Position numbers and translations under genes: made by a program
Source: Trueperaceae bacterium
GTDB taxonomy: Bacteria; Deinococcota; Deinococci; Deinococcales; Trueperaceae
Length of the DNA stretch: 64,000 bases
Reading direction: 5' to 3'
Assembly (NCBI GenBank): GCA_965213705.1
Contig: OZ243913.1
Location: 3,712,001-3,776,000, forward strand
Shown: piece after piece, positions 28,747 to 37,779 of the stretch
How the letters are laid out: each line of letters begins with the position of its first letter
Numbering within the stretch: position 1 is the first letter of the stretch
Notes under the pieces: model-generated
Database searches by the model: none
What the model saw: the letters and a program-made list of their open reading frames with translations, nothing else
Told to the model about the DNA's origin: nothing

Positions 28747-29104
28747 CCTCGTACACCTTCTTTCCGCTGACCTGAACTTCGACGGTGAGGTGGCGGCTGC
28801 TGCCCTGTTTGCAGTAAAGGGCGACAAGGCAGTAGTAGGTGGTCACCTTGTAAGAGCGGCCGTTTAGGAGGTTGGTCTCGGTGCTCGAGCCCGACATCGG
28901 CAGCGAGGCCATGTCGCCGCGGCGCAGGGTTTCGAAAGTCTGCTGCGCCAGCACGACTGCCTCGGAGCGCCGTTCGCTCTGGTCGTTGATGTTCAAGTTG
29001 CCGATAAAAGCGGGGATGACCCCGGCCATCAGCACGCCCAAAATGGCGACCGCGATAACCGCCTCTATCAAGCTGAAACCCTTGTTCGCCGTTGCGTTCG
29101 TCAT
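28718..29104 (-). CDS. PilV-like minor pilin
   Basis: G|FSLIE prepilin motif, Cys pair. Confidence 0.8.
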   Translation of the reverse strand: MTNATANKGFSLIEAVIAVAILGVLMAGVIPAFIGNLNINDQSERRSEAVVLAQQTFETLRRGDMASLPMSGSSTETNLLNGRSYKVTTYYCLVALYCKQGSSRHLTVEVQVSGKKVYEVETVYTNLR

Positions 29105-29583
29105 TGCACGACCCTGGCCGCGCCGCCCAAAAGCAGTTCGACCTCTCGAGTGCGCTCGCGGTCGTCCTCGAGCTTGAGCTTGATATAACTTGCCACAAGG
29201 CCACGGCTGTCGAAACAAACGGGTTGGGTAAGTGTGGTTGTGTAATAGCCCGTGACCTTCAAGGTGACTTTTTCGGGTAATTCGACCTGCAGTTTGGGGT
29301 CGCGTACCCAGGCGCTGTAACCGTCGCTGCACCGCTTGGCGCGCAACGCGTAAAGGCGAACCTGATTCGGCTTGCTGCCCGCCTCAGTCCACACGCGGTA
29401 CGCCGACGTCGTCGACATCGCTTTGGCCCGGGTCAGTTTCAAAAAACCCACGAGTTGCCCCGCCGCGCTGCCCGCGTCGTTGTTTAAGGGTTTCAAGTTG
29501 AGAGCGCCGATACCCATGACGACGCCGACGACGGCCATAGTTATCAACAGCTCAATAAGAGATAATCCTTTGGTTGTTTTCAC
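29101..29583 (-). CDS. FimT/GspH-like minor pilin
   Basis: G|LSLIELL, RAKAM, CFDSRG; AAGGAG RBS before GTG. Confidence 0.8.
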   Translation of the reverse strand: MKTTKGLSLIELLITMAVVGVVMGIGALNLKPLNNDAGSAAGQLVGFLKLTRAKAMSTTSAYRVWTEAGSKPNQVRLYALRAKRCSDGYSAWVRDPKLQVELPEKVTLKVTGYYTTTLTQPVCFDSRGLVASYIKLKLEDDRERTREVELLLGGAARVVQ

Positions 29584-29645
29584 AACACTCCTTCGTCCAA
29601 CTAAGCGCAAGCCTAAACAATAGGTGCTTACAAAATTCTTACAGG

Positions 29646-29769
29646 TAGCTTTTCCACGTGACATTGAGACAAATCGGTTTTGAGCCGACCTCCCTTTTTA
29701 GGGGAGGTGGCCCTGTGGGGTCCGCTTCTGAACTTGTTGGTACGTCTCAGTCGCTCTTGGAACCGCTGA
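29646..29769. repeat. ~125-bp dispersed structured repeat, copy 1
   Basis: Aligns by eye with 57808-57954; imperfect terminal inverted repeats. Confidence 0.85.
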
Positions 29770-30081
29770 GGGAAGGGGTGAGGGCTCGAGCCGGTGGGAA
29801 GCGCGTTCCTGAAACGGAAGAACCAGCAGGGCCTCGAACTCAGACTTTTACTAGACCTCTTACCTAAGTCCAGTGGGTTGCGATGCGAGTCAGCTTTACG
29901 GTTGCTCAGTTGATACTGGTCAAGAGAAGTCTACTGAACGAGTTGCGTTCAAACCTACCGGTCTGATTTTAGAGGCGTGACCAAACAGGGGGCGGCGTCG
30001 GCTCACGAACCGCTCGAGCGACGCCTCTGTAAGTTTGGGCGCTTGCCCAGGCAGTGGCAACTGGACGGCCACCAAGGTCAC

Positions 30082-30108
30082 AAAAAAGAGCCTGGCTTCC
30101 CAGGCTCT
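30082..30108 (-). terminator. Intrinsic terminator of the S8 peptidase gene
   Basis: On minus: gagagcctggg-aag-ccaggctc followed by a U-tract. Confidence 0.7.
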
Positions 30109-30131
30109 CGGCTGTTCAAACGGAAAGCTTT

Positions 30132-31499
30132 TTAGTAACCGCTGGCGACCCGACCGGCACCGTAAAAGTCGTCGTTGCCGGGTTTGCCGAGGTCGGCGGC
30201 TCGAGCGCGCAGCTCACGCTCGAGTTGGGCCGGCTTCAGGCTGTCCGACCCCCCGTACTCGCTCAGGATGAGCGCTGCCACGCCCGCGGCGTGCGGCGCG
30301 GCCATGCTGGTGCCGATGCTCCAGTACCAGCCACCGTTGCCGGTGCTGAACACAAAGTCGAACACGTAACAGGGACGGGTAATGCCCGCTACCGTGCAAA
30401 GCTGACCCGACTCCAACAGGTCGAAGTCGACGTCGCCGCCGGGCGCGGCGACGTCGATAACCGACTGGCCGTAGTTGGTGTAGTAAGCGGGCGTGTCGAG
30501 GTCGGTGTCGGGGTTGACGCCCCAGCCTTCCGGACCGGTCGCCGAAACAGAGACGACGTGCGCGGAGTCCGAGGGCACGTGAACGAGGGCTTTGTCTTTG
30601 TCGCCGTCGTTGGCGTCGTTCCCCGCCGAAGCGATGACCAGGGTACCTTGCTGATAAGCGTAAGTGGTCGCGCGACTGACGGCGCGCAGCAGCTCGGACA
30701 CGTCGCGGGCGCTGACACAACCGTCCTCGTCGCAGTAGCCGTTTTTCACCAGCGTCCCGCCCAAGCTCATGTTGATGATGTCGGCGTCCTTGTCGGCGGC
30801 GTAGATGATGCCCGAGATGATGTCTTCAAAGCTGCCGGAGCCGGCGTCTCCCAAGACCTTCACCAGGATGAGTTCGGCTTCCGGGGCGACACCGATGGTA
30901 CCCAAACCGTTGTCTGCAGCGGCCACGGTACCCGCGGTATGTGAGCCGTGGCTGAAAGTGTCAGGCAGGCTGTAGCCGGCACCCTCACCCGTAAAGTCCA
31001 TCACGTCGACGATGTTGGGGGCGAGGTCGGGGTGGTCCAGGTCGAAACCGCCGTCCAGGACGGCGACCTTCACACCTTGACCCCGCACGCCCGCGTTCCA
31101 GGCCTCGGGCGCGTTGACGGCGTCGTGGCCCCACTGGAGGTCGAAGAAGAAGTCGTCGTCACCACTCGTGGGTGGGTTGGCGTAGTCGGCGCCTAAGACC
31201 TCTTCGACAGGGTCGAGCCACTGAATCGTCACGTCGCGCACCACGCTGCCATACCGCTTGTAGGCGTTCGGGTTTTTGGTGACGACGGCGGCAAACCCCG
31301 CCTGCGGCTCGAAGCTGCTCAAGCTGTCGCCGTTCTTTGCAACTGCCTTTGTGAAGTCTGCAGGTAAGGTTTGATTCGTCACCAGATATTTCTTGGCGGT
31401 GCCTTGGGTCTCGAGCGGTGCCGGACTCAAAGTGTTACAAGCCGCCAAAAAAACGCTCAGCAACGCGGCACCAAATAGACGCCCTATTCCACGCTTCAT
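30132..31499 (-). CDS. Subtilisin-like S8 serine peptidase lipoprotein
   Basis: Lipobox LAAC; triad VAVLDGG, HGSHTAG, GTSMAAPH. Confidence 0.93.
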   Translation of the reverse strand: MKRGIGRLFGAALLSVFLAACNTLSPAPLETQGTAKKYLVTNQTLPADFTKAVAKNGDSLSSFEPQAGFAAVVTKNPNAYKRYGSVVRDVTIQWLDPVEEVLGADYANPPTSGDDDFFFDLQWGHDAVNAPEAWNAGVRGQGVKVAVLDGGFDLDHPDLAPNIVDVMDFTGEGAGYSLPDTFSHGSHTAGTVAAADNGLGTIGVAPEAELILVKVLGDAGSGSFEDIISGIIYAADKDADIINMSLGGTLVKNGYCDEDGCVSARDVSELLRAVSRATTYAYQQGTLVIASAGNDANDGDKDKALVHVPSDSAHVVSVSATGPEGWGVNPDTDLDTPAYYTNYGQSVIDVAAPGGDVDFDLLESGQLCTVAGITRPCYVFDFVFSTGNGGWYWSIGTSMAAPHAAGVAALILSEYGGSDSLKPAQLERELRARAADLGKPGNDDFYGAGRVASGY

Positions 31500-32041
31500 T
31501 CTCACTCCTTGTCAAACCAAAAAGTAGTTCGTTGCGAACCGGAAACGCAGGGCTTTGCCGCTGTACCAAGCTTGTCGCTGCCAAAGCTCATGACTCGACA
31601 ACCGCCTGTTTTTCTCAGCTCTTTGAACCCGGTACAAAGTAACATTTCGCCTACAGAAAAAAAGGTAATTTGTCTTACGTCGAGCAAGTATTTTTAATGC
31701 TTTGCCTGACTTTGTAGAGCGACGCTCTCGGTGAACGTGTTCTGCCGCTCGAGGTTGTTGTGTAAAGTTGAAGTTGTGTAAACGAGTCAAGCTCACCGCT
31801 CGCTGACACAACACGAAACAAGAACCGTTCTCTTGAAGCCGACGCCCGGCGGCGCGACGGTTTTTCTGGCCCCGAGCAGCGCCTCCAGTGTACTTCCTGC
31901 TGTTTTGTCCAACATCGTCTAGCACTCTCGAGCTTTCCGCGTGGTAAATTAGTTCACGCACGTTCCTCACTTCGTTTTCAGCCCCTACTCAGCCTGGGTC
32001 TGCGCTCGTACAGAGGTGGGTGCCAGTTCAAGGGAGGCAAA

Positions 32042-34981
32042 ATGAAGCTAGCACTAAGGCTGCTGACGTTGTGCCTGTTCGCGCTTTTTGTGGTGTCGTG
32101 TAACACCACGAGCGTGACCGAGCCGACCGAAGTTCCAATCCTCACCGACGCCGACATAGACGCGGCCGTTATGCTGGACATGACGAGCGGGCAAGCCGAG
32201 CGAGTTGAACTTTCGCAAGGCGGCGCGACCCAGCTCGACTTGTCCACGGGTTCCGCGCCGAGCGCGCTGGACCGGGCGCTGAGCGAGTTGCGCGCGAGCA
32301 AACTGCCGGCGAGCAGCGGGCTCGAGCCCCTGGACATCACCTTCGACGCGCCGGGTTATTTGGCTTACGTCGAAACCGAGTCCGACATGTACACCATCCG
32401 CATCCGCACCACGCGGCAAGGCGAGGCGGGCTACCCCAACCGCAAGCTCATCTACCGGGGCACCCGCGTGGTCGACTCGGTCGCGGTGAGTCAAGACGGC
32501 CGTTTTATCAGCTTTATCGTTCAAGACAGAAACGGCAACTCGGAAGTTTATGCTTACGACGGCAGCGGCAGCGTCTTCGGGCAGGAGCAGTTCTCGCAGC
32601 TCACCGCAACCGAAGCCGACGAAAGCAACTTGTCGATGTCCTTAGACGGCAAGACGCTGGCTTGGCAGGGCGTCAACGAAGGCGAGGGCGACGCGGCCGA
32701 CTTCTCCAACTTCACGGTCGTCAACTTCGACTTGAGCGTGCCTTCAGCCTCACAGTTGACGTTCAACTTCGGCGAGTTGGGCGTCTTCGACCCCTCGCTG
32801 AGCGGTGACGGACAGTTTGTCGCTTTCGTCGCAGACTTCGGCGGCCTGGTCAACCCGAGCCAGAACCTCCTCGCAATTATCCCCAGCGACGCTTCGGACG
32901 ACGCCGCGGGCCTCTACGCTGGAGACATCCACGACCCCAGCTTGACCCTGAACGGTAACCAACTCATGTTCGAAATCGTCGCAGACGGCACGGACCTCGT
33001 CGTCTTCGACAACAGCGTCACGGCGAACGTCTTAGCGGCGGCACCGACACCCTCAATCAATCATCCTTACGTCACCTCGGACGGGCTTTACTTTACCTAC
33101 GCGCTGGACGGCGACATCTTGACCAGCACCGTCGACGTTGACGACCCCGGCAGCGCCGAGGTCGACGTGGTCGACGACGACGGCGGCAACAGCCAGCCCT
33201 ACTGGGCCAAAGTCGGCTTTGACGTTCGCAACGTCGCCACGACCTTCGGCCGGGCCGAGTTTACCCGCCCCGACGACGGCAGCGGCTTGACCGACGAGGA
33301 GCGCACCTCGCGCTACCGCCCCTTTACCTTTACAGTTCCGGTCACGGACTTTTACAGAATTGACAGCAGCCAAGACTTCGACGGCTTCATCTTGCTGTAC
33401 GAAGGTAGTTTCGACCCTGAAAACCCCGAAGAGAACCTTGTCGCCCAGAACGACGACTTCGGCGGCAGCTTTGACCCGGACGAGGGCGGCAACTCGCGAA
33501 TTAACGCCGAACTCGAGGCGGGTCAAACTTATAACCTCGTCACCACGGCTTGCGGCGACCCCGACGCGGGTTGTGGCCCGGATGAAGGCTACTTCGTCAC
33601 CTTGATTACGCGCACCGGCGTCGCGCCGCTGCCGCCCGACATCCTGCCCGAGCCCGACGACTCGCGCTACAACATCACCCTGCGCTTTGTGACCGACAAC
33701 CTGACCGACGCGCAAAAAGAGGTCTTTGTGGGCGCGGCCGAGCGTTGGGAAGCCATCATCACCGACGACCTGCAAAACATTCCCGGCTTTACCCTGACCC
33801 AGGACTTCAGCTTTCCCGACACGCCGCCGGTCGAAGGCACCGTCGACGACCTTCTTATCGACGTGGCCTTCAACGACTTAGACGGCCCCGGCGGCCTGCT
33901 CGGCCGCGCCGGTCCGCGCTTCATCCGCGACGGCACCGACGACGACCCGCTCTCCATTTACGGCATCATGGAGTTCGACATCAACGAGTTCGGCGCGGGC
34001 GGCTTCTTCGACGACATGCAGCAGTACCAAGACGTCATCGTCCACGAGATGGGCCACGTCATCGGTATCGGTACGCTGTGGCAACTTACCGGCAACACCG
34101 ACGGCGTCATGAGCGATCCGCCGACCGTACCGCCCGGACTGCCCAACCCCGATTACGACCCCCGCTTTACCGGTGAGGGCGCTGTCCGGGAGTACCAAGA
34201 ACTGCTGGAGATGGCCGGTTACGACCAAGAGGACACCGTGCCCATCGCCAACACCGGCGGTCCCGGCAACTACAACGGCCACTGGCGCGAAATCACCTTC
34301 GACGACGAACTCATGACGCCCTACGCGGGCGGCGCGGAACTGCTCTCGCGCATGACCGCAGCGAGCTTGGGCGACTTGGGCTACGTCGTCGACACCGAGT
34401 CCGACGCCATCGACAAAGACTACATGCTGCCGCCGCCGCGCGTCCCGGGCGTGTTCAGGCAAACCGCCCCCGACGAGGTGACCTACCAAGAAGCCAAAGA
34501 CTTCCTCGCCCCGCGCGATTCGGTCAAGGCAACCGTCCAGGATGCGGTCGTCAACGTCGACCTGAACTTGGACGATTTGGAAAACTCGACGAGCGGCTGT
34601 GAAGCAGAAGACTTCGGCAGTGACGTAAGCGGCAACATCGCGCTCGTGCGCCGCGGCACGTGCGCTTTTGAACTCAAAGTGTTGAACGCTCAAGCGGCGG
34701 GCGCGACCGGCGTCATCATCATGAACCAGGGCAACGCGCCCGACCGCGTCGGCCTGCTCGACCCGACCCTCGGTGACGCCTCGGACACCATCCCGGTCGT
34801 CTTCGTCACCTATGACCTCGGCGTCGACCTGGCGAACACCGAAGGCTTGGAAGTCTTCATCGACACCGGCGTTGAAGACAGTGGTTTGTCCACTGCCATG
34901 CTGAAACCCAGCTTCGACGAAGAACTCTTGCTGCCCATCGGCACCGTCGGTCCGGACGGCAAGATCACGCTGTTCAAGTAA
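32042..34981 (+). CDS. Acidic multidomain lipoprotein: TolB-like repeats, PPC-like domain, leishmanolysin-like Zn peptidase, PA domain
   Basis: Lipobox VVSC; S.DG repeats; HEMGHVIGIG, HW, ELMT; IALVRRGTCAFELKVLNAQAAGA. Confidence 0.75.
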   Translation: MKLALRLLTLCLFALFVVSCNTTSVTEPTEVPILTDADIDAAVMLDMTSGQAERVELSQGGATQLDLSTGSAPSALDRALSELRASKLPASSGLEPLDITFDAPGYLAYVETESDMYTIRIRTTRQGEAGYPNRKLIYRGTRVVDSVAVSQDGRFISFIVQDRNGNSEVYAYDGSGSVFGQEQFSQLTATEADESNLSMSLDGKTLAWQGVNEGEGDAADFSNFTVVNFDLSVPSASQLTFNFGELGVFDPSLSGDGQFVAFVADFGGLVNPSQNLLAIIPSDASDDAAGLYAGDIHDPSLTLNGNQLMFEIVADGTDLVVFDNSVTANVLAAAPTPSINHPYVTSDGLYFTYALDGDILTSTVDVDDPGSAEVDVVDDDGGNSQPYWAKVGFDVRNVATTFGRAEFTRPDDGSGLTDEERTSRYRPFTFTVPVTDFYRIDSSQDFDGFILLYEGSFDPENPEENLVAQNDDFGGSFDPDEGGNSRINAELEAGQTYNLVTTACGDPDAGCGPDEGYFVTLITRTGVAPLPPDILPEPDDSRYNITLRFVTDNLTDAQKEVFVGAAERWEAIITDDLQNIPGFTLTQDFSFPDTPPVEGTVDDLLIDVAFNDLDGPGGLLGRAGPRFIRDGTDDDPLSIYGIMEFDINEFGAGGFFDDMQQYQDVIVHEMGHVIGIGTLWQLTGNTDGVMSDPPTVPPGLPNPDYDPRFTGEGAVREYQELLEMAGYDQEDTVPIANTGGPGNYNGHWREITFDDELMTPYAGGAELLSRMTAASLGDLGYVVDTESDAIDKDYMLPPPRVPGVFRQTAPDEVTYQEAKDFLAPRDSVKATVQDAVVNVDLNLDDLENSTSGCEAEDFGSDVSGNIALVRRGTCAFELKVLNAQAAGATGVIIMNQGNAPDRVGLLDPTLGDASDTIPVVFVTYDLGVDLANTEGLEVFIDTGVEDSGLSTAMLKPSFDEELLLPIGTVGPDGKITLFK

Positions 34982-35013
34982 GCACGTTCAAGTAAGCTTT
35001 CCAAGCCTCTAGC

Positions 35014-35041
35014 CAGGCCGCCCACAAGGGCGGCCTGTTTT
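35014..35041 (+). terminator. Intrinsic terminator
   Basis: aggccgccc-acaa-gggcggcct-gtttt. Confidence 0.75.
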
Positions 35042-35091
35042 GTTGACGCCGGGCGGCCTTACCCGCTTGCCCCGTGCGGTAGACTCCACTC

Positions 35092-35598
35092 GTGTCGCCC
35101 GCCGCGCCCTCGAGCCCCAAAACACCCCTCGTCGCCGACGTCACGCTGACACGAACCGACCTCGAGACCTACAACTGGGTGCTGGCATTGGAACGGCCCG
35201 TGCTGCCCTTTTTCATGTACACCTTCGCGCTGCTGTTGCTGGCCGACCTGTTCCGGGTCTGGTCGGACGCGCGGCTTTACGCCTTCGCGGTCCTGGTGCC
35301 CGCGCTCGGCTACTTGCTGTTCGTCAAGCTCAGCAGCCTTGCGGTGTGGCGGCGCTACCCGGAACTGCGCGAGCCCAAACGCTACACCTTCAAAAAAGAC
35401 GCTTATCAGCTCAAACAAGCGGGCAAAACGGTGAGCGTTCCTTACGCGGACGTTGCGCGCGTGCTCGAGTCGCGCCGCGCCTACTACCTCGTCCGCATGG
35501 ACGGCAGCGCCGATATTCTGCCGAAGGGGGCAATTGAGGAGGGGGTGCTCGAGGGTTTGTTGAAAGACCGGTCTTGGAAGCGCTCGAGCTTCCTGTAG
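35092..35598 (+). CDS. Membrane protein with a YcxB-like C-terminal domain
   Basis: Two TM segments then ...ES...YYL.....ILPK. Confidence 0.7.
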   Translation: MSPAAPSSPKTPLVADVTLTRTDLETYNWVLALERPVLPFFMYTFALLLLADLFRVWSDARLYAFAVLVPALGYLLFVKLSSLAVWRRYPELREPKRYTFKKDAYQLKQAGKTVSVPYADVARVLESRRAYYLVRMDGSADILPKGAIEEGVLEGLLKDRSWKRSSFL

Positions 35599-35640
35599 AT
35601 CAAAAAAGGTCGGGGCGACCCGCAGGCCGCCCCGAGTTCT

Positions 35641-35685
35641 AATCCCCCCTGGCCCCCCTTTGGAAAAGGGGGACCGAGGGGGATT
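35641..35685. repeat. Palindromic REP-like element
   Basis: aatcccccct-ggcccccctt-tgga-aaggggg-acc-gagggggatt. Confidence 0.7.
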
Positions 35686-35687
35686 CC

Positions 35688-37361
35688 TCAGTCGTGCGCC
35701 GTTGCGCCCCCCGCCCCGCGCGGGTAACGGATGCCCTCGACGAAGTTCTGCATTTCCGTTGACGGCTCCTCGGTCATGCGCGAAATCGTGTAGGTGAGGA
35801 TGAAGTTAATCAGCATGCCCACCGTGCCGATGCCCTGCGGGCTGATGCCGAACAGCCAGGGCTCCCAGCGGATGCCGATGCCGGGCGCGGTCGTGATGAT
35901 GTAAAAGGCGGTAAACACGATGCCGACAATCATGCCCGTGACCGCGCCAGTCCGGTTGGTGCGCTTGTCGAAAATGCCCAGCACGATGGCCGGGAAAAAG
36001 CTCGCCGCCGCCAAGCCGAACGCAAACGCGACCACCTCACCCACGAACCCCGGCGGGTAAATTCCCAACAGGCCCGCAATCACGACCGCGAACAGCACGG
36101 AAATACGCGCTACCACGAGTTCGTTGGCCTCGGTCGCGTCGGGGCGGATAAACTTTTTATAGATGTCGTGGGCAATCGAACTGGCAATCACCAGCAGCAA
36201 CCCCGACGCGGTCGAGAGCGCCGCCGCCAAACCGCCCGCCACCACAAAAGCGATAATCCAGGGCGGCAAGTTGGCGATTTCGGGGTTGGCGAGCACCATG
36301 ATGTCGTTGTCGATGGTGAGTTCGTTGGCGTCGCCGCGCACGTACTGCACCAGGCCGTCGCCGTTTTTGTCGTTGATGGTGAGCAAACCGGTTTCTTGCC
36401 AGTTCGTCACCCACTGCGGCAGGTCGTCGATAGACGCGTTGCTCACGGTCTGAATCATGTTGAACTTGGCAAAGGTGGCAATCGCCGGGGCGGTCGTGTA
36501 CAAGATGCCGATAAAGAGCAGCGCCCAAAAACCGGTCCAGCGCGCGCCCGTCACGCTGCGCGCCGTGTAAAAGCGGATGATGACGTGGGGCAAGCCGGCG
36601 GTGCCGCACATCAAGGCCATCGTGATGAGAAAGACGTTCAACGGACTCAAACTGTTAAAAGGCGAGGTGTACTGACCGAAGCCCAAGTCGGCCTGAATCG
36701 TGTCGAGCCTACCGGCGACCTCCATAAACGCGAGTTGCGGCACCGGGTTGCCGGTCAGCGTGTTGGCGATGGCAACGGCCGGGATGATGTAGGCGAGGAT
36801 CAACACGAGGTACTGTGCGACTTGTGTGTAAGTGATGCCCTTCATGCCGCCCAGCGTCGCGTAGGTCGCCACAATCGCCATGCCGATGACGACGCCCCAC
36901 AGGATGTCGATCTCCAAAAAGCGGCTGAAGGCGATGCCCACCCCGCGCATTTGCCCGGCGACGTAGGTGAACGACACGAAAATAGCGCAGATGGCGGCCA
37001 CCAGGCGCGCCGTGCCCGACTCATAGCGGTCGCCGATAAATTCGGGCACCGTAAACTTGCCGAACTTGCGCAAGTATGGGGCGAGCAGCAGCGCCAGCAG
37101 CACGTAACCGCCGGTCCAGCCGAGCAGGTAGATCGCGCCGTCGAAACCGTTGCGCGCCAGCGCGATGAGTCCGGCCATCGACAGAAACGAGGCCGCCGAC
37201 ATCCAGTCGGCGGCGGTCGCCATGCCGTTGAAAATAGACGGGATGCCGCGCCCCGCCACGTAAAAGCCCGAAGTCGTCGAGACCCGCGACCAAATGGCGA
37301 TGCCGATGTACAACCCGAAGGTCACGATGACGAAAATAGCGGTCAAACCGAGTTGGCTCAT
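35688..37361 (-). CDS. actP: Cation/acetate symporter (SSS family, ActP-like)
   Basis: ATAADWMSAASF, GTAGLPH, AAALSTASGLL; adjacent to acs genes. Confidence 0.85.
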   Translation of the reverse strand: MSQLGLTAIFVIVTFGLYIGIAIWSRVSTTSGFYVAGRGIPSIFNGMATAADWMSAASFLSMAGLIALARNGFDGAIYLLGWTGGYVLLALLLAPYLRKFGKFTVPEFIGDRYESGTARLVAAICAIFVSFTYVAGQMRGVGIAFSRFLEIDILWGVVIGMAIVATYATLGGMKGITYTQVAQYLVLILAYIIPAVAIANTLTGNPVPQLAFMEVAGRLDTIQADLGFGQYTSPFNSLSPLNVFLITMALMCGTAGLPHVIIRFYTARSVTGARWTGFWALLFIGILYTTAPAIATFAKFNMIQTVSNASIDDLPQWVTNWQETGLLTINDKNGDGLVQYVRGDANELTIDNDIMVLANPEIANLPPWIIAFVVAGGLAAALSTASGLLLVIASSIAHDIYKKFIRPDATEANELVVARISVLFAVVIAGLLGIYPPGFVGEVVAFAFGLAAASFFPAIVLGIFDKRTNRTGAVTGMIVGIVFTAFYIITTAPGIGIRWEPWLFGISPQGIGTVGMLINFILTYTISRMTEEPSTEMQNFVEGIRYPRGAGGATAHD

Positions 37362-37621
37362 CAGCCCTCCACGTCAAATTCTCTGTCAAGCCGGTTCATG
37401 CTGAGGCAGTAAATGAGAATCAGCAGGATAAACACGTAAATCGCGCCGTTTTGCGCAATCCAAAAGCCCAAGGGGCCGCCCAAAAAGGTGATTGAGTTGA
37501 GCGCCGGGGCGAAAATGATGGCGAGTACATAACCGACGATGAACCAAATGGCGAGCAGCGTCAGGGTCAACCTGATGTTGCGCCGCCAGTAAGCCTCGAG
37601 GCGTTCTTTGGTAGGTTCCAC
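37361..37621 (-). CDS. DUF4212 small membrane partner of the SSS transporter
   Basis: YWRRNIRL, GGPLGFWIAQNG. Confidence 0.88.
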   Translation of the reverse strand: MEPTKERLEAYWRRNIRLTLTLLAIWFIVGYVLAIIFAPALNSITFLGGPLGFWIAQNGAIYVFILLILIYCLSMNRLDREFDVEG

Positions 37622-37779
37622 GTTTCCTCCTAAAAGTTGAGTACCAAAAAGTTAAGTACCGAGTACCGAGTGAAAAGTTGAAGGTTTTGGCCCCTCCGCT
37701 CCCTTTCTCCTCCGCTTCACGTTTTCTCATACTTGTAGCGGTAGGTGAACTGAGCCCATGCAACGTTACATCTGGAGCT

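Noticed and set aside
36168..37412. Long antisense or alternate-frame ORFs (e.g. 36168-37412, 49748-51013, 5090-6400)
   Set aside because: These are shadow ORFs expected in GC-rich coding DNA and have no recognisable motifs
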